Shown: positions 32,152-41,358 of the stretch, piece after piece
How the letters are laid out: each line of letters starts with the position of its first letter
Numbering within the stretch: the first letter of the stretch is position 1
NCBI GenBank assembly: GCA_965222235.1
Contig: OZ244939.1
Coordinates: 323,396 to 387,395, forward strand
DNA length: 64,000 nt
DNA from: Minisyncoccota bacterium
GTDB lineage: Bacteria > Patescibacteriota > Minisyncoccia > Phycocordibacterales > JABAAK01
Direction of reading: 5' to 3'
The notes under the pieces: generated by a model
Told to the model about the DNA's origin: nothing
Seen by the model: only the letters and a program-made list of their open reading frames with translations
Database searches by the model: none
Program-made: the position numbers and the translations under genes

Positions 32152-32682
32152 TCATAATTTTTCCCTGATCTTAGATTTCAGGAAAATTAATTGTGATGAT
32201 GATGTATAAAATTTCCGGGATATATCGTAAAGAAGCAGAGGAATGACAACAAAAGAAAACAAAATCAAAAGATTCATATACTCAAAATTAAATAAGAAAG
32301 CGACAAGTAGAACGAAGTACAAAATGATAATAAAAAACAGATGGGATATCATAAATGGAACGAAAATATCAAAAGCCTTATCTTTTTCTTTAACCATTTC
32401 CTTCCCCTTTTTATCTACTATTTCCCACAACGAAGCAAAAAACTCACTGGAAGACATACGCTGATTCATAAAAAATCCTATGAAGATAATGTATACAGAA
32501 AACACAAGGAAAAACAGAGAAAAAATATCACTCGTCTCAATGAAATCAAAATTTAATTCAACAAAGAAAAATTTGTCAAGCAGAAAAACAATAAAAACCA
32601 GTGCCGATGTAAAATATAGTTGACGCTTTGCGGTAACCCAAAAATTTATAACTAATTGCATCAGAGTTATGTTTTCTTGCAT
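32152..32682 (-). CDS. Four-TM membrane protein, AT-rich
   Basis: TGG-TATAAT-N6-ATG; four hydrophobic helices. Confidence 0.7.
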   Translation of the reverse strand: MQENITLMQLVINFWVTAKRQLYFTSALVFIVFLLDKFFFVELNFDFIETSDIFSLFFLVFSVYIIFIGFFMNQRMSSSEFFASLWEIVDKKGKEMVKEKDKAFDIFVPFMISHLFFIIILYFVLLVAFLFNFEYMNLLILFSFVVIPLLLYDISRKFYTSSSQLIFLKSKIREKL

Positions 32683-32907
32683 GCCACCATTATACCACCT
32701 ATATGCGTAAAGCGTACGAATAAATTGCATCGTCTTTAGAAGCACGCAGTGCCGACCTTACGCGGATGCGTCGCCGCCAGTGTAAGAAACACGGTACGCC
32801 ACACAGCGACAGGCGTGTCAATACGCCAACGCAGTCAGTATATCGCCTTCAGAACTGCACAATCTTATTAACGCAACCTTGGATAACCTATGTACATTAT
32901 ATTGTTA

Positions 32908-33468
32908 CTAAAGAGCAACAGATATTGATATATGTGTATTTCTCTGCAGAAGAGTTAAGTCAGCCCTCTTATTTAATTCCCTTAACAAATTCTCCAAAAA
33001 ATACAAATGGTACGGTGCAAGTATGTCAGAGTTGGAGATGTCCATTTTTTCATTATACTTAAATTTTACCACAACATCTTCACATTTAGACAATATTTTT
33101 TTAAGGTTTTCTTCTGGAAAATTTCCTGCTCCGGCATCTTTTCTGGCTTTACACAAAGTTTCAAAACCTTTTTTTCTATGCTCATCATCATGAAAGATAT
33201 CTTGAATATATATTTTTGTCTCATCATTCAAGTTTTCAAAGAACTCTAATGTATTGTGATTATGCTCAGCTTTTTTATCATTTTCAATCATCCAAAACAT
33301 TTTCATAATTAACTCAAGACAAATAGTATTAAGAAGAATTTGTGTTAAAAAATAGTGAGTGGGACCTGTATCTGGGTCTACTACCATTCCCAAAACTTTA
33401 GAAGATCTTAAAAAGCTATCAGCACGATATGAGAATCTCTGTATCTGACTTTTTACTTCATTATTCAT
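32908..33468 (-). CDS. HEPN-like helical protein
   Basis: CLELIMK...HNHNTLEFF pattern resembling the HEPN ExxLK...H motif; AT-rich. Confidence 0.55.
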   Translation of the reverse strand: MNNEVKSQIQRFSYRADSFLRSSKVLGMVVDPDTGPTHYFLTQILLNTICLELIMKMFWMIENDKKAEHNHNTLEFFENLNDETKIYIQDIFHDDEHRKKGFETLCKARKDAGAGNFPEENLKKILSKCEDVVVKFKYNEKMDISNSDILAPYHLYFLENLLRELNKRADLTLLQRNTHISISVAL

Positions 33469-33784
33469 ACAAGAAACAATAACAAATGAAAAGTATAAAA
33501 GCAAATATCTGAATGAGCGGAGCGAATACGGGCCCGTAGTGAAGCGGAGCGGCATTTGGCGGCACGCTTCGTAAAGTTCTGGTGTTGGTTGCAGCGTGCG
33601 GGTAGGTGGCGACACGGTTTTGGTCAGAGTACTGAGCGGGTCAAAGGGTGCGCTGTCGTCAAAATATTCTTTCAGTTTCCGTGCTATGGTTTGCGTATGG
33701 GGCTCTGAAGTCCACCAGACAGTACAATAATTGTTATCACAGCGGTACTCGCGGAAGCAGTGTTAATTGGGGTATTTCTATTAT

Positions 33785-36031
33785 CTATTCTTCATTCTTT
33801 TTGTCTGGGCGTAGGTTAATTCTTTCAATTTCTCTCAGATTTCTCAGATTGTTTGCCTTAATTGCCGATGGTGAAATGGTGTAAAGTACATTGTCCATAT
33901 ACAACGAACGATCTATGGTAAACAAATGAGAATAATTGTATGTATAGTCGTCCTCTTTTGATTCCCTTTCAAAGTGTGTTATCCTCCCCCGCTCTTTAAT
34001 GCCGGAGGGAGAGATGGTGAACACGAGCGCGCCGATCCATTGTGTATCATGCTGTATGTCGCGCGACATGGCGCGCTTTTCCTCAACGAGTGTCACGGGC
34101 AGCACCAGCAGTTCCCTTTCTTTGTCAAACAGGAATGCCCGGTGGTCGTGGATAACGCTTGTGCTTGTTCCGCGCGCGCCGATTTCGTACGATGCTTTCT
34201 CCTTCGGATTGTGCACATCGGAGACATCAAATAGCGAAACTTTCACGCCTTTGAACGATACCCATCTACTGTTGTCAGTGGTCGACCTGCCGACACCGAT
34301 GAGATAGTTCGCGTCATACGGATGCAGGTAGTCGGAAACGCCGGGTATTTTCAGTTCTCCCAGCACCTGCGGATTGGTTGGGTCGGAAAGATCTATCACA
34401 AACAACGGATCAACCTGCACGAAGGTCACCATATACAGCCGGTCGCCAATGAAACGGGTGGAATAAATACGCTCGCCTTTCGCAAGATCTTCCAGTGAGC
34501 CGACGGTCTTCATATTTTTATCCAGCACAAAGAGATGATTGAGGGACTTGTTTCCGCCGTGCGTCGTGGTTGCAATTCTAAAATATCCATTGTACTCATC
34601 CATAGAAAATTGATTGAGCGGCCTACCGACAACCTCCCCTTTGGAGACATACTGTATCGCACCATTGTTCACCCCTATCTTGTGCACAATGGTTTTTTGC
34701 CGTTCTTTATCATGCTTTCGTCTGATGTCCTCTGCTTCCTCCTCAAAACCGCTGAGAATAGTTGCGGCGGTTTCAGGGTTAATAGAACTGATCCATTCTT
34801 CAAGAATCCCCCCAATTGTTACATATTTCAACTCAATCTCATGAACTGTTTCATCCTCGTGTGATATGGAATCCCTGATCTTTTGTATTTCGGCTTTGGT
34901 GGCATTGGGAAGCTTCGGCAAAAGTATATTCAGCGAATCATCAAGCAACTCTAATTCGCTATATTGATTTTCATACTGGTAATTGATATAGAGGTTATCG
35001 CGGGACATAAAAAGATTTGAGGAGTGCCCGAGTAGGAATACTTTATTACGCACGGTGCCGTCGGTGATGCGGAGGGAAACAATATTGGTGAAGACATACG
35101 ACCGACCGGACGATCCGAAGTGATGTATCTCCGGGAAGTCCCGCTGTCGCGGAGAGAATTGCGGCATTCTCACGCCATCGTCAAAAAAACGTACGGGGGT
35201 CTGCGCAACCATATACACATACTCGCCGATCATTCGTGAATTGTTGTATTGCCCGTCAAACAGGAGATTGTGTTGCAACACCGGGTGTGCCCGATTCGTT
35301 ATGTTGTAAACAAGAATTCTTGTTTTTTCGCCGTCATTGTTACTTGTCGGTATGAATATAACGGCTGTGTTATCGTTAATGTACAATTCATTCGGATTCC
35401 AATGCCCGCCGAATTCACTGAGCGATGTGGTAGAAACAATCTCAGCGTTATATGGCGGGAATGCATCCACAATTACCAATCTTTTTTCATTTAAAAGGTA
35501 GATGTATTTTCCGTCATTTTTGATGAAGTCCGCTTCATCAACACCTGCCACCTGAATGTTCGTCGTTGAATAATCGTCGGCTAGGTCTTGAACCGCCGCA
35601 CCGACGGACACCTGTGCCGTATCAAGAGTTATTCCAGCTGAGGTTGTCAGCGACTCTACGCGCGACACCGAAGAAACCCGCTTCTGATACGTTTGGTCAT
35701 GCAAATACTGCGATTGACTTTCCCACAGGAATGCCTCCAGCTCTTTTTGTGAGGAGAAAGTTTGCAGGGTATTCTCTTTCCATTTTTTTTGACTAACATC
35801 CTCACTGTCTTTCGGAACGTCTTTCAGCGACTCTGCGGGTGCCGTATCATTTGGAGCCGGTGCCTCGGTCGGTATTTTCTCCGGTGTTTCTTTTTGTGTT
35901 GCTGTATCGGATGTTTTCTCATCCCCGTTATTGTAAGTATCTGATGTTTTCAGGATGTCCAGAGCACTATATAGCAGCACTATCCCGATTATTATTATAA
36001 ACAAGACAAAAAAGGGGGACATCTTTTTCAT
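33785..36031 (-). CDS. Secreted beta-propeller domain protein
   Basis: YSTTNIQVAGVDEADFIKNDG, LNQFSMDEY, ERIYSTRF, GELKIPGVSDYLHP. Confidence 0.88.
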   Translation of the reverse strand: MKKMSPFFVLFIIIIGIVLLYSALDILKTSDTYNNGDEKTSDTATQKETPEKIPTEAPAPNDTAPAESLKDVPKDSEDVSQKKWKENTLQTFSSQKELEAFLWESQSQYLHDQTYQKRVSSVSRVESLTTSAGITLDTAQVSVGAAVQDLADDYSTTNIQVAGVDEADFIKNDGKYIYLLNEKRLVIVDAFPPYNAEIVSTTSLSEFGGHWNPNELYINDNTAVIFIPTSNNDGEKTRILVYNITNRAHPVLQHNLLFDGQYNNSRMIGEYVYMVAQTPVRFFDDGVRMPQFSPRQRDFPEIHHFGSSGRSYVFTNIVSLRITDGTVRNKVFLLGHSSNLFMSRDNLYINYQYENQYSELELLDDSLNILLPKLPNATKAEIQKIRDSISHEDETVHEIELKYVTIGGILEEWISSINPETAATILSGFEEEAEDIRRKHDKERQKTIVHKIGVNNGAIQYVSKGEVVGRPLNQFSMDEYNGYFRIATTTHGGNKSLNHLFVLDKNMKTVGSLEDLAKGERIYSTRFIGDRLYMVTFVQVDPLFVIDLSDPTNPQVLGELKIPGVSDYLHPYDANYLIGVGRSTTDNSRWVSFKGVKVSLFDVSDVHNPKEKASYEIGARGTSTSVIHDHRAFLFDKERELLVLPVTLVEEKRAMSRDIQHDTQWIGALVFTISPSGIKERGRITHFERESKEDDYTYNYSHLFTIDRSLYMDNVLYTISPSAIKANNLRNLREIERINLRPDKKNEE

Positions 36032-36102
36032 TACAGCCAGTATATCACATATTCTGCCCCAAAAACGGCGCTGTGTCATATTGAGATGCTATGATGGCAT
36101 AT

Positions 36103-36435
36103 ATGTTTGACTTCATATTCTCGAAGATGTTTGATGGAATGATGGAAACACCCGGGGGAGGTCGATCGGCGACATGGAGGTTTTTTCTTATCACCCTTTT
36201 CGGCATTCTGGTGTTGGCTGTTGTGGTTTTGCCGCTGCTTCTGCGGATAGTTGACGGTGTGCTTGCGCCGGGGTATGTGTATACCAGAACGGCATTTATC
36301 GTACTGTGGATGTTGATCGGCCTTCGGTATTTTTTGCTGTCGCTGCGGACGCGCAAGATAGGCGATGCAATTGGTGTTGTCGCCGTGTTCGGTATAACAG
36401 TCGCGGTGGTGTATGTACTCGGAAGCGCGGCATAG
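36103..36435 (+). CDS. Three-TM membrane protein
   Basis: Hydrophobic ORF with TGC-TATGAT-N7-ATG. Confidence 0.6.
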   Translation: MFDFIFSKMFDGMMETPGGGRSATWRFFLITLFGILVLAVVVLPLLLRIVDGVLAPGYVYTRTAFIVLWMLIGLRYFLLSLRTRKIGDAIGVVAVFGITVAVVYVLGSAA

Positions 36436-36493
36436 GTGTTTCAATCCAGGCCTTTATTCAAGGAAAATTCGGATATTTCAGAAATGAACGCGA

Positions 36494-37456
36494 TTACCCG
36501 TACCACCGTTCGCCGATTATCGTAAATAGTGCCATCCTGATGTAGACACCGTTCGCTGCCTGTGCGAAGTAGCGGGCCCTTGGATCTGTGTCCACTTCAG
36601 TGCTTATCTCATTCAGGCGGGGCAGTGGATGAAGTATAATGGCATCCTTTTTCATTGATGACGCTATTTCCGGTGTCAGAATGTAGGTGTCTTTTGCTCG
36701 TTCGTATTCCTGCAAATTGTCAAATCGTTCTTTTTGTATTCTTGTCATGTAACAGACATCGGCATCTTTAACAGCACGGGCAAGTGAGTTAGTTTCTGTG
36801 AATCGGGTATCCTTTTCTTTCAGAAAATTTCTCAGTGAATCTTTTATTCGTGAATTGTCCGGTGAGACGAAATTGAAACTGTTTCCCGGGAAATCCGCGA
36901 GTAGGTATACAAGAGATTCCGCCGTCCGTCCGCGCAGCAGGTCGCCGACCACTACTATATGCATATTCTCAGTTCTGCCGATGTCTTCGTGTATTGTGAA
37001 GAGGTCAAGCAGTGATTGTGTCGGATGTTGATCCGTTCCGTTACCCGCGTTTATCAGTGGTATTTTTGCAGTTTGTATTGCCTCATAGATTGAATTGTTG
37101 TCCGTATGTCTGAGAACGATAAAATTGCCGTAGAAATTTGAGACGGCTATTGAATCGGTCAATGACTCTCCTTTTGCCGCGGATGACATTGTTTTCGCGT
37201 TTTCCGTTGAGATACATCGCATGTTCAATTTATGCGCCGCATTCTCAAAGGAAAATCTTGTTCTTGTTGAGGGTTCATAAAAGAGGTTTATCGCTATCTT
37301 GTCTTTCAAAAAAGAAGGAGGTGCTACCTCCTCATTTTTATATTGTTTCGCTGTTGCAAATATTTTTTGAATAAATTGTTTATCAAACTGTCTCGTATGC
37401 AATATATGCTTTCTCGGATCTGTCGTGATTATTTTTTCCTTGACCTCCTTACTCAC
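36494..37456 (-). CDS. pyrB: Aspartate carbamoyltransferase catalytic subunit
   Basis: FYEPSTRTRFSFE, KGESL.D, HPTQSLLD, RIQKER, HPLPR. Confidence 0.96.
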   Translation of the reverse strand: MSKEVKEKIITTDPRKHILHTRQFDKQFIQKIFATAKQYKNEEVAPPSFLKDKIAINLFYEPSTRTRFSFENAAHKLNMRCISTENAKTMSSAAKGESLTDSIAVSNFYGNFIVLRHTDNNSIYEAIQTAKIPLINAGNGTDQHPTQSLLDLFTIHEDIGRTENMHIVVVGDLLRGRTAESLVYLLADFPGNSFNFVSPDNSRIKDSLRNFLKEKDTRFTETNSLARAVKDADVCYMTRIQKERFDNLQEYERAKDTYILTPEIASSMKKDAIILHPLPRLNEISTEVDTDPRARYFAQAANGVYIRMALFTIIGERWYG

Positions 37457-37599
37457 TTTTTACAGTATACTATAGACATTTTTTTCTTATGGTTCTATGT
37501 GGATTTTTGTTTTGCATACTGGTTTTGGGGCGGTATCCGACATTGGAGCCGTATGTTGATTCTTCGGGGATCGCGCTGCGCGACTAGATACCGTTTTTC

Positions 37600-40314
37600 T
37601 TATCTAAATAAAATATATTGCGGTATTCCGGGTGATTGATCGGTCGTTTCATCGGCAAGCACAGCGTTGACATGCGCCCGTGTTTTCGGTCCGAAGAATC
37701 CGCGCGCCGGGGTGATACTGTTCGTCTCCTGATACTGCCTAACCGCATCCTGCGTCAGGGCACCGAAGTAGGTGGTTTCAAATCCCGGAGATCCCGCCCG
37801 TCCCGGCTCATTAATTGTGTATCCCTTTCGGTTAAGGAATTGCTGGAGTGCCCTGACATCCTCACCGATACTGCCGATGGTGAGATTGCGGGTGAATGAC
37901 GTTACCGTTGTTCCGGATGAACCCCGCTTTTCCCGTATCTCCAGTCGGGGCTCCTCGTGCTGCTGCCGTTGTGCTGCCAGCGGCGGTATTTCCTGCTGCT
38001 GTTGGCCCGGCTGTTGTTGTGCTGTCGGCAGCGGTATTTCCTGCTGCTGTTGACCCGGTTGTTTGTGTGTTGTCGGCAGCGGTATTTCCTGCTGCTGTTG
38101 ACCCTGCTGTTTTTGTGCTGTCGGTAGCGTAATTGACTGAGAAAAGGTGTCCAAAACTATATCTGTTGTAGGCGACAGGGCAGTAATCGTATTACTCGAA
38201 TCCTGCGTGTAGACCACCGTTGCCGAAGTGCCCGTCGGTATGCTTTCCGCCAAGGTAATATATATCTCACGTTCACAGTACTTCGTGTTGCCGGTGCCGT
38301 CGCAGGCATCAACATATACCGCGGTCGCCGCTATACTTCTTTCGTCACTCAGTTTCACAATGAAGTCGTCTGTAAAAAGTGTCCCATCGTGAAGCTGCTT
38401 GTTCAACCGCACCAGAACAGCAGCAGGGTCAGAAATATAGTGAGCGAATAAAACTTCGAGCGGTTCACTATAAATTAAATCCTTATACAGTTCCGTCAAT
38501 TCGGCTAATGTGTCCCGGAGTATCTTCCCCCTGCCGTTGTTCGCTTTCAACTGCCCCTCCATTTCATCCCTAAGCTCTGGTGTGATAAGGTTAAAGATTT
38601 CATCGTTAACATTCACTATTTGATGAAGGTTGGGGCTCCAGTCCACCTGAAACTCATTAATATCCAATGTTGCCGTATTTCCGTACTTGTCTTTGACAGT
38701 AATGACGCAGCCGTTGTAGATCACACCGTCATACAGATAGTTAAACTTTACTTCCGTGTCCGTGTCCGGTTCCACAATCGTCGGAGCGAGTTCCAGATGA
38801 CTGTCCTCGTAGGTGTTGCCGGAACTGCTCGTACAGTCACGACCGGTGTTGCCCGCTTTGGTGCTGTAGGTAACCCTCCCCCATTCGTTAGATCTGAACA
38901 CATATACCGGATACAAGGTATCGCTCGGAGACGGTACCGGCGTTACCTCAGTTAGTATCGGCGGCGTCGTGTCCGATGAAATAACAGTATAGGTAATTCC
39001 CAATGGTTCGGAGGTATTTCCGTAGTAATCCCGCACGCTGAAAGAACAGGTTTTTACTCCGCTAACTCCTGCATAGTCTCCTGATGTTATCGGCAGATCA
39101 CGCGCTTTTTCAAGGGTGACCGTATTTCCTCCATCTTTAACCCGTATAGACCCCCCCAGATCGAAAACAAACATACAGCCCCCCGGATCTGCCCGGGCGG
39201 CAACTAACACGCCACTTTCCGAGGAGTTAAAGGTATAGGTCGGCTCGGTCTTATCGTCTATAACCAGCGGTGAAACTTTTCCCGGAATAAGAGTCGGCGG
39301 TGTTGTGTCCGGAACATACTCAGCACAGGAGTTATCGAATTCCCGCCATACACCCGCATCGGTGCAGGTATACCCACAATTGCCCTGCCACCTTTTATTC
39401 GCATCGTCCGGATTTATACACACCCCCTGCATGGTATTACCCGGAGAAACAGTAAAGTTCAGAGAACAGTTCTTTATCGTTTCCGGAACACAATTCTTCC
39501 TCTCCCGCCGGCATGAGTTGGAACGCACCCTCCAGGTACTGTCGCCGCAGTAGTAGGTACACTCCCCAATCAGTCCGGAACCACATGTTCCGTCTTTTGA
39601 CTCTCCCGATCTGGCTAAGGGAAGGCTGCACTCCTCGTCTTTTGCACCCTTCACCCCCGCTGAGCAGCCGTCTTTCTCCATATGGCAGAGTATTGTCCCC
39701 CGAATAGAGTTTGATTCTTTTTCGCAGGTCCAGGAATAATGATTCAGATTCGTAAAATCACTGCCTTCCGTCAGCTTGCCGTTTATACAGGCATCCTTTG
39801 CAACGCCGCATTCAAGAGGGCGCGGAGCATTCGCATCATCGCCGCCGGTAAATAGCAAATATCGAATGTCAAAGTGGGCTACGCCGACACCCGATACTGA
39901 TTTCAAATCATACTGAATTGTTTGTGCATTGGCACCTGTGTAAAATACATACACCTCCGCCCCTGAAGGAAAGGGGCTCACCAGGTGTATGACAATCTCT
40001 CTAGTCGCCGTCTCGGTGGTTGTCGCGATATCAACGGAGGCAATCTCCCCTTTCCATCCCCCGTCGGCACCGACACGCAGGTCATTCCGCAGAATGTTGG
40101 CATGATAGTTTTCAACATAGACCGGTCGATCAAAAGTGATCGTCACCGATCGTTCCGTGTAAGTCCCCGCCGCCGGCCGAGGAGCACCCGACGGTGCGTT
40201 TTCATTGACGAAGATTTCCTGACCGTGCGCCGGAACAGCCCATGCGAGCAGAATAACCGCCATCAGAAAAATCATTCCGATGGGTATACGCATTGCAAGC
40301 TGACAGGGATTCAT
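37600..40314 (-). CDS. Large secreted protein: SwmB-like/Ig-like domains, Cys-rich region, C-terminal PG-binding domain
   Basis: Signal peptide; DTTPP-linked modules; Cys-rich block; FTRNLTIGS.GEDV..LQ.FLN...GSPGFETTYFG.LT. Confidence 0.8.
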   Translation of the reverse strand: MNPCQLAMRIPIGMIFLMAVILLAWAVPAHGQEIFVNENAPSGAPRPAAGTYTERSVTITFDRPVYVENYHANILRNDLRVGADGGWKGEIASVDIATTTETATREIVIHLVSPFPSGAEVYVFYTGANAQTIQYDLKSVSGVGVAHFDIRYLLFTGGDDANAPRPLECGVAKDACINGKLTEGSDFTNLNHYSWTCEKESNSIRGTILCHMEKDGCSAGVKGAKDEECSLPLARSGESKDGTCGSGLIGECTYYCGDSTWRVRSNSCRRERKNCVPETIKNCSLNFTVSPGNTMQGVCINPDDANKRWQGNCGYTCTDAGVWREFDNSCAEYVPDTTPPTLIPGKVSPLVIDDKTEPTYTFNSSESGVLVAARADPGGCMFVFDLGGSIRVKDGGNTVTLEKARDLPITSGDYAGVSGVKTCSFSVRDYYGNTSEPLGITYTVISSDTTPPILTEVTPVPSPSDTLYPVYVFRSNEWGRVTYSTKAGNTGRDCTSSSGNTYEDSHLELAPTIVEPDTDTEVKFNYLYDGVIYNGCVITVKDKYGNTATLDINEFQVDWSPNLHQIVNVNDEIFNLITPELRDEMEGQLKANNGRGKILRDTLAELTELYKDLIYSEPLEVLFAHYISDPAAVLVRLNKQLHDGTLFTDDFIVKLSDERSIAATAVYVDACDGTGNTKYCEREIYITLAESIPTGTSATVVYTQDSSNTITALSPTTDIVLDTFSQSITLPTAQKQQGQQQQEIPLPTTHKQPGQQQQEIPLPTAQQQPGQQQQEIPPLAAQRQQHEEPRLEIREKRGSSGTTVTSFTRNLTIGSIGEDVRALQQFLNRKGYTINEPGRAGSPGFETTYFGALTQDAVRQYQETNSITPARGFFGPKTRAHVNAVLADETTDQSPGIPQYILFR
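37978..38128 (-). repeat. 48-bp imperfect tandem repeat x3 (QQQQEIPLPT..QPG)
   Basis: GCGGTATTTCCTGCTGCTGTTG units. Confidence 0.85.
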
Positions 40315-40448
40315 TAACACCAATATACCACACGCTCAACAATGCCGAAAAGGAAGTGGAAAACAAAAAAGGTGCCATATATACATAGAGAAAAACTCCG
40401 CATACGCGGAGTTTGTCTCGTTCAGCAATTCGTTTGCCGAAGTAGTGC

Positions 40449-40967
40449 TTAGTCAGTGAAGTTGCAGGAACCGCCATCCTCTGCAATCTGCAGTTTCACC
40501 GGATCCGACCACGGACCAAGGGTGATGTTTGAGGTTGCGCCCGCATGCGGTGCTTGTACCGCCCTGACATAGAAGGTGATGTAACTGTCATCTTTGGGCA
40601 TAAGCCGCCATACTCTCATCGGCCAGCAGAAACCGCTGGTGGTAACGGAGAATGTCGTGTCATCGTTGCCTTCCATTAAGTAGTATGTCTCTCTATTCAG
40701 CACACTGTCGGTTCCCTGCTGATTCTGCATGAGAAAGGCAACCCGGTATCCGGTGGCACCGGTAACAGAATTCCACTTCAGAAGCTGACCGCCGTTATGC
40801 ATCTTGTTAAGATCACTGTCCGGATTCTTATGCTTGAACGCTCCGACAGTCTGTCCGAGGGGGTTTGCGCCGAACGCCGTCTGCGCTGTGAATGCGATAC
40901 CGAATACCGAAACAGCAACGAAACAGATTGCGAGAAACAGACCGCCCAGTGTATATGTCTTATTCAT
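40449..40967 (-). CDS. Secreted FN3-like protein (paralog of 50451-50933)
   Basis: Signal peptide; LKWNSVTGATGYRV, FYVRA, LGPWSDPVKL; terminator at ~40392-40414. Confidence 0.75.
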   Translation of the reverse strand: MNKTYTLGGLFLAICFVAVSVFGIAFTAQTAFGANPLGQTVGAFKHKNPDSDLNKMHNGGQLLKWNSVTGATGYRVAFLMQNQQGTDSVLNRETYYLMEGNDDTTFSVTTSGFCWPMRVWRLMPKDDSYITFYVRAVQAPHAGATSNITLGPWSDPVKLQIAEDGGSCNFTD

Positions 40968-41296
40968 ATCTTTTATGTGTTAGATTAAGAAAGTAATAAA
41001 TTTTAGTTACAAAATTCGGCATGTTCCCCTTTTTTATAACTCTGCATGTAGTATACCTGATACGCCATTACCATCGGTAAGGTTATACACAGCCCTTTCT
41101 TTCAGTGTATCAAACTATCCTTTAATTGCATGTCAAGTCCGGAAATATCCGCTTAGTATTCAAGCTATTATCGTCAAGAACAAAAGGGTTTTGTGCAACA
41201 CACTCACATCGCTACCATGTCAACAGACAGTGGTGCGCTGATCTGCTGTGTAAGGTATATAGGCGGTGAACAACGGTACGGCGGAGTATGCACCAA

Positions 41297-41328
41297 AGAA
41301 CACCCCGCACGGATGTGCGGGGTGTTCT
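41297..41328 (-). terminator. Intrinsic terminator
   Basis: AGAACACCCCGCAC-GGAT-GTGCGGGGTGTTCT. Confidence 0.85.
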
Positions 41329-41358
41329 CGGTCAGTGTTTCCGTATTCGTACCGGCGG

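Noticed and set aside
32745-32900. GC-richer patch inside the AT-rich island
   Set aside because: No convincing ORF, repeat or structure could be supported.
30167-33540. Intact prophage or ICE at tRNA-Ala
   Set aside because: No integrase, structural genes or duplicated tRNA 3' end were seen.
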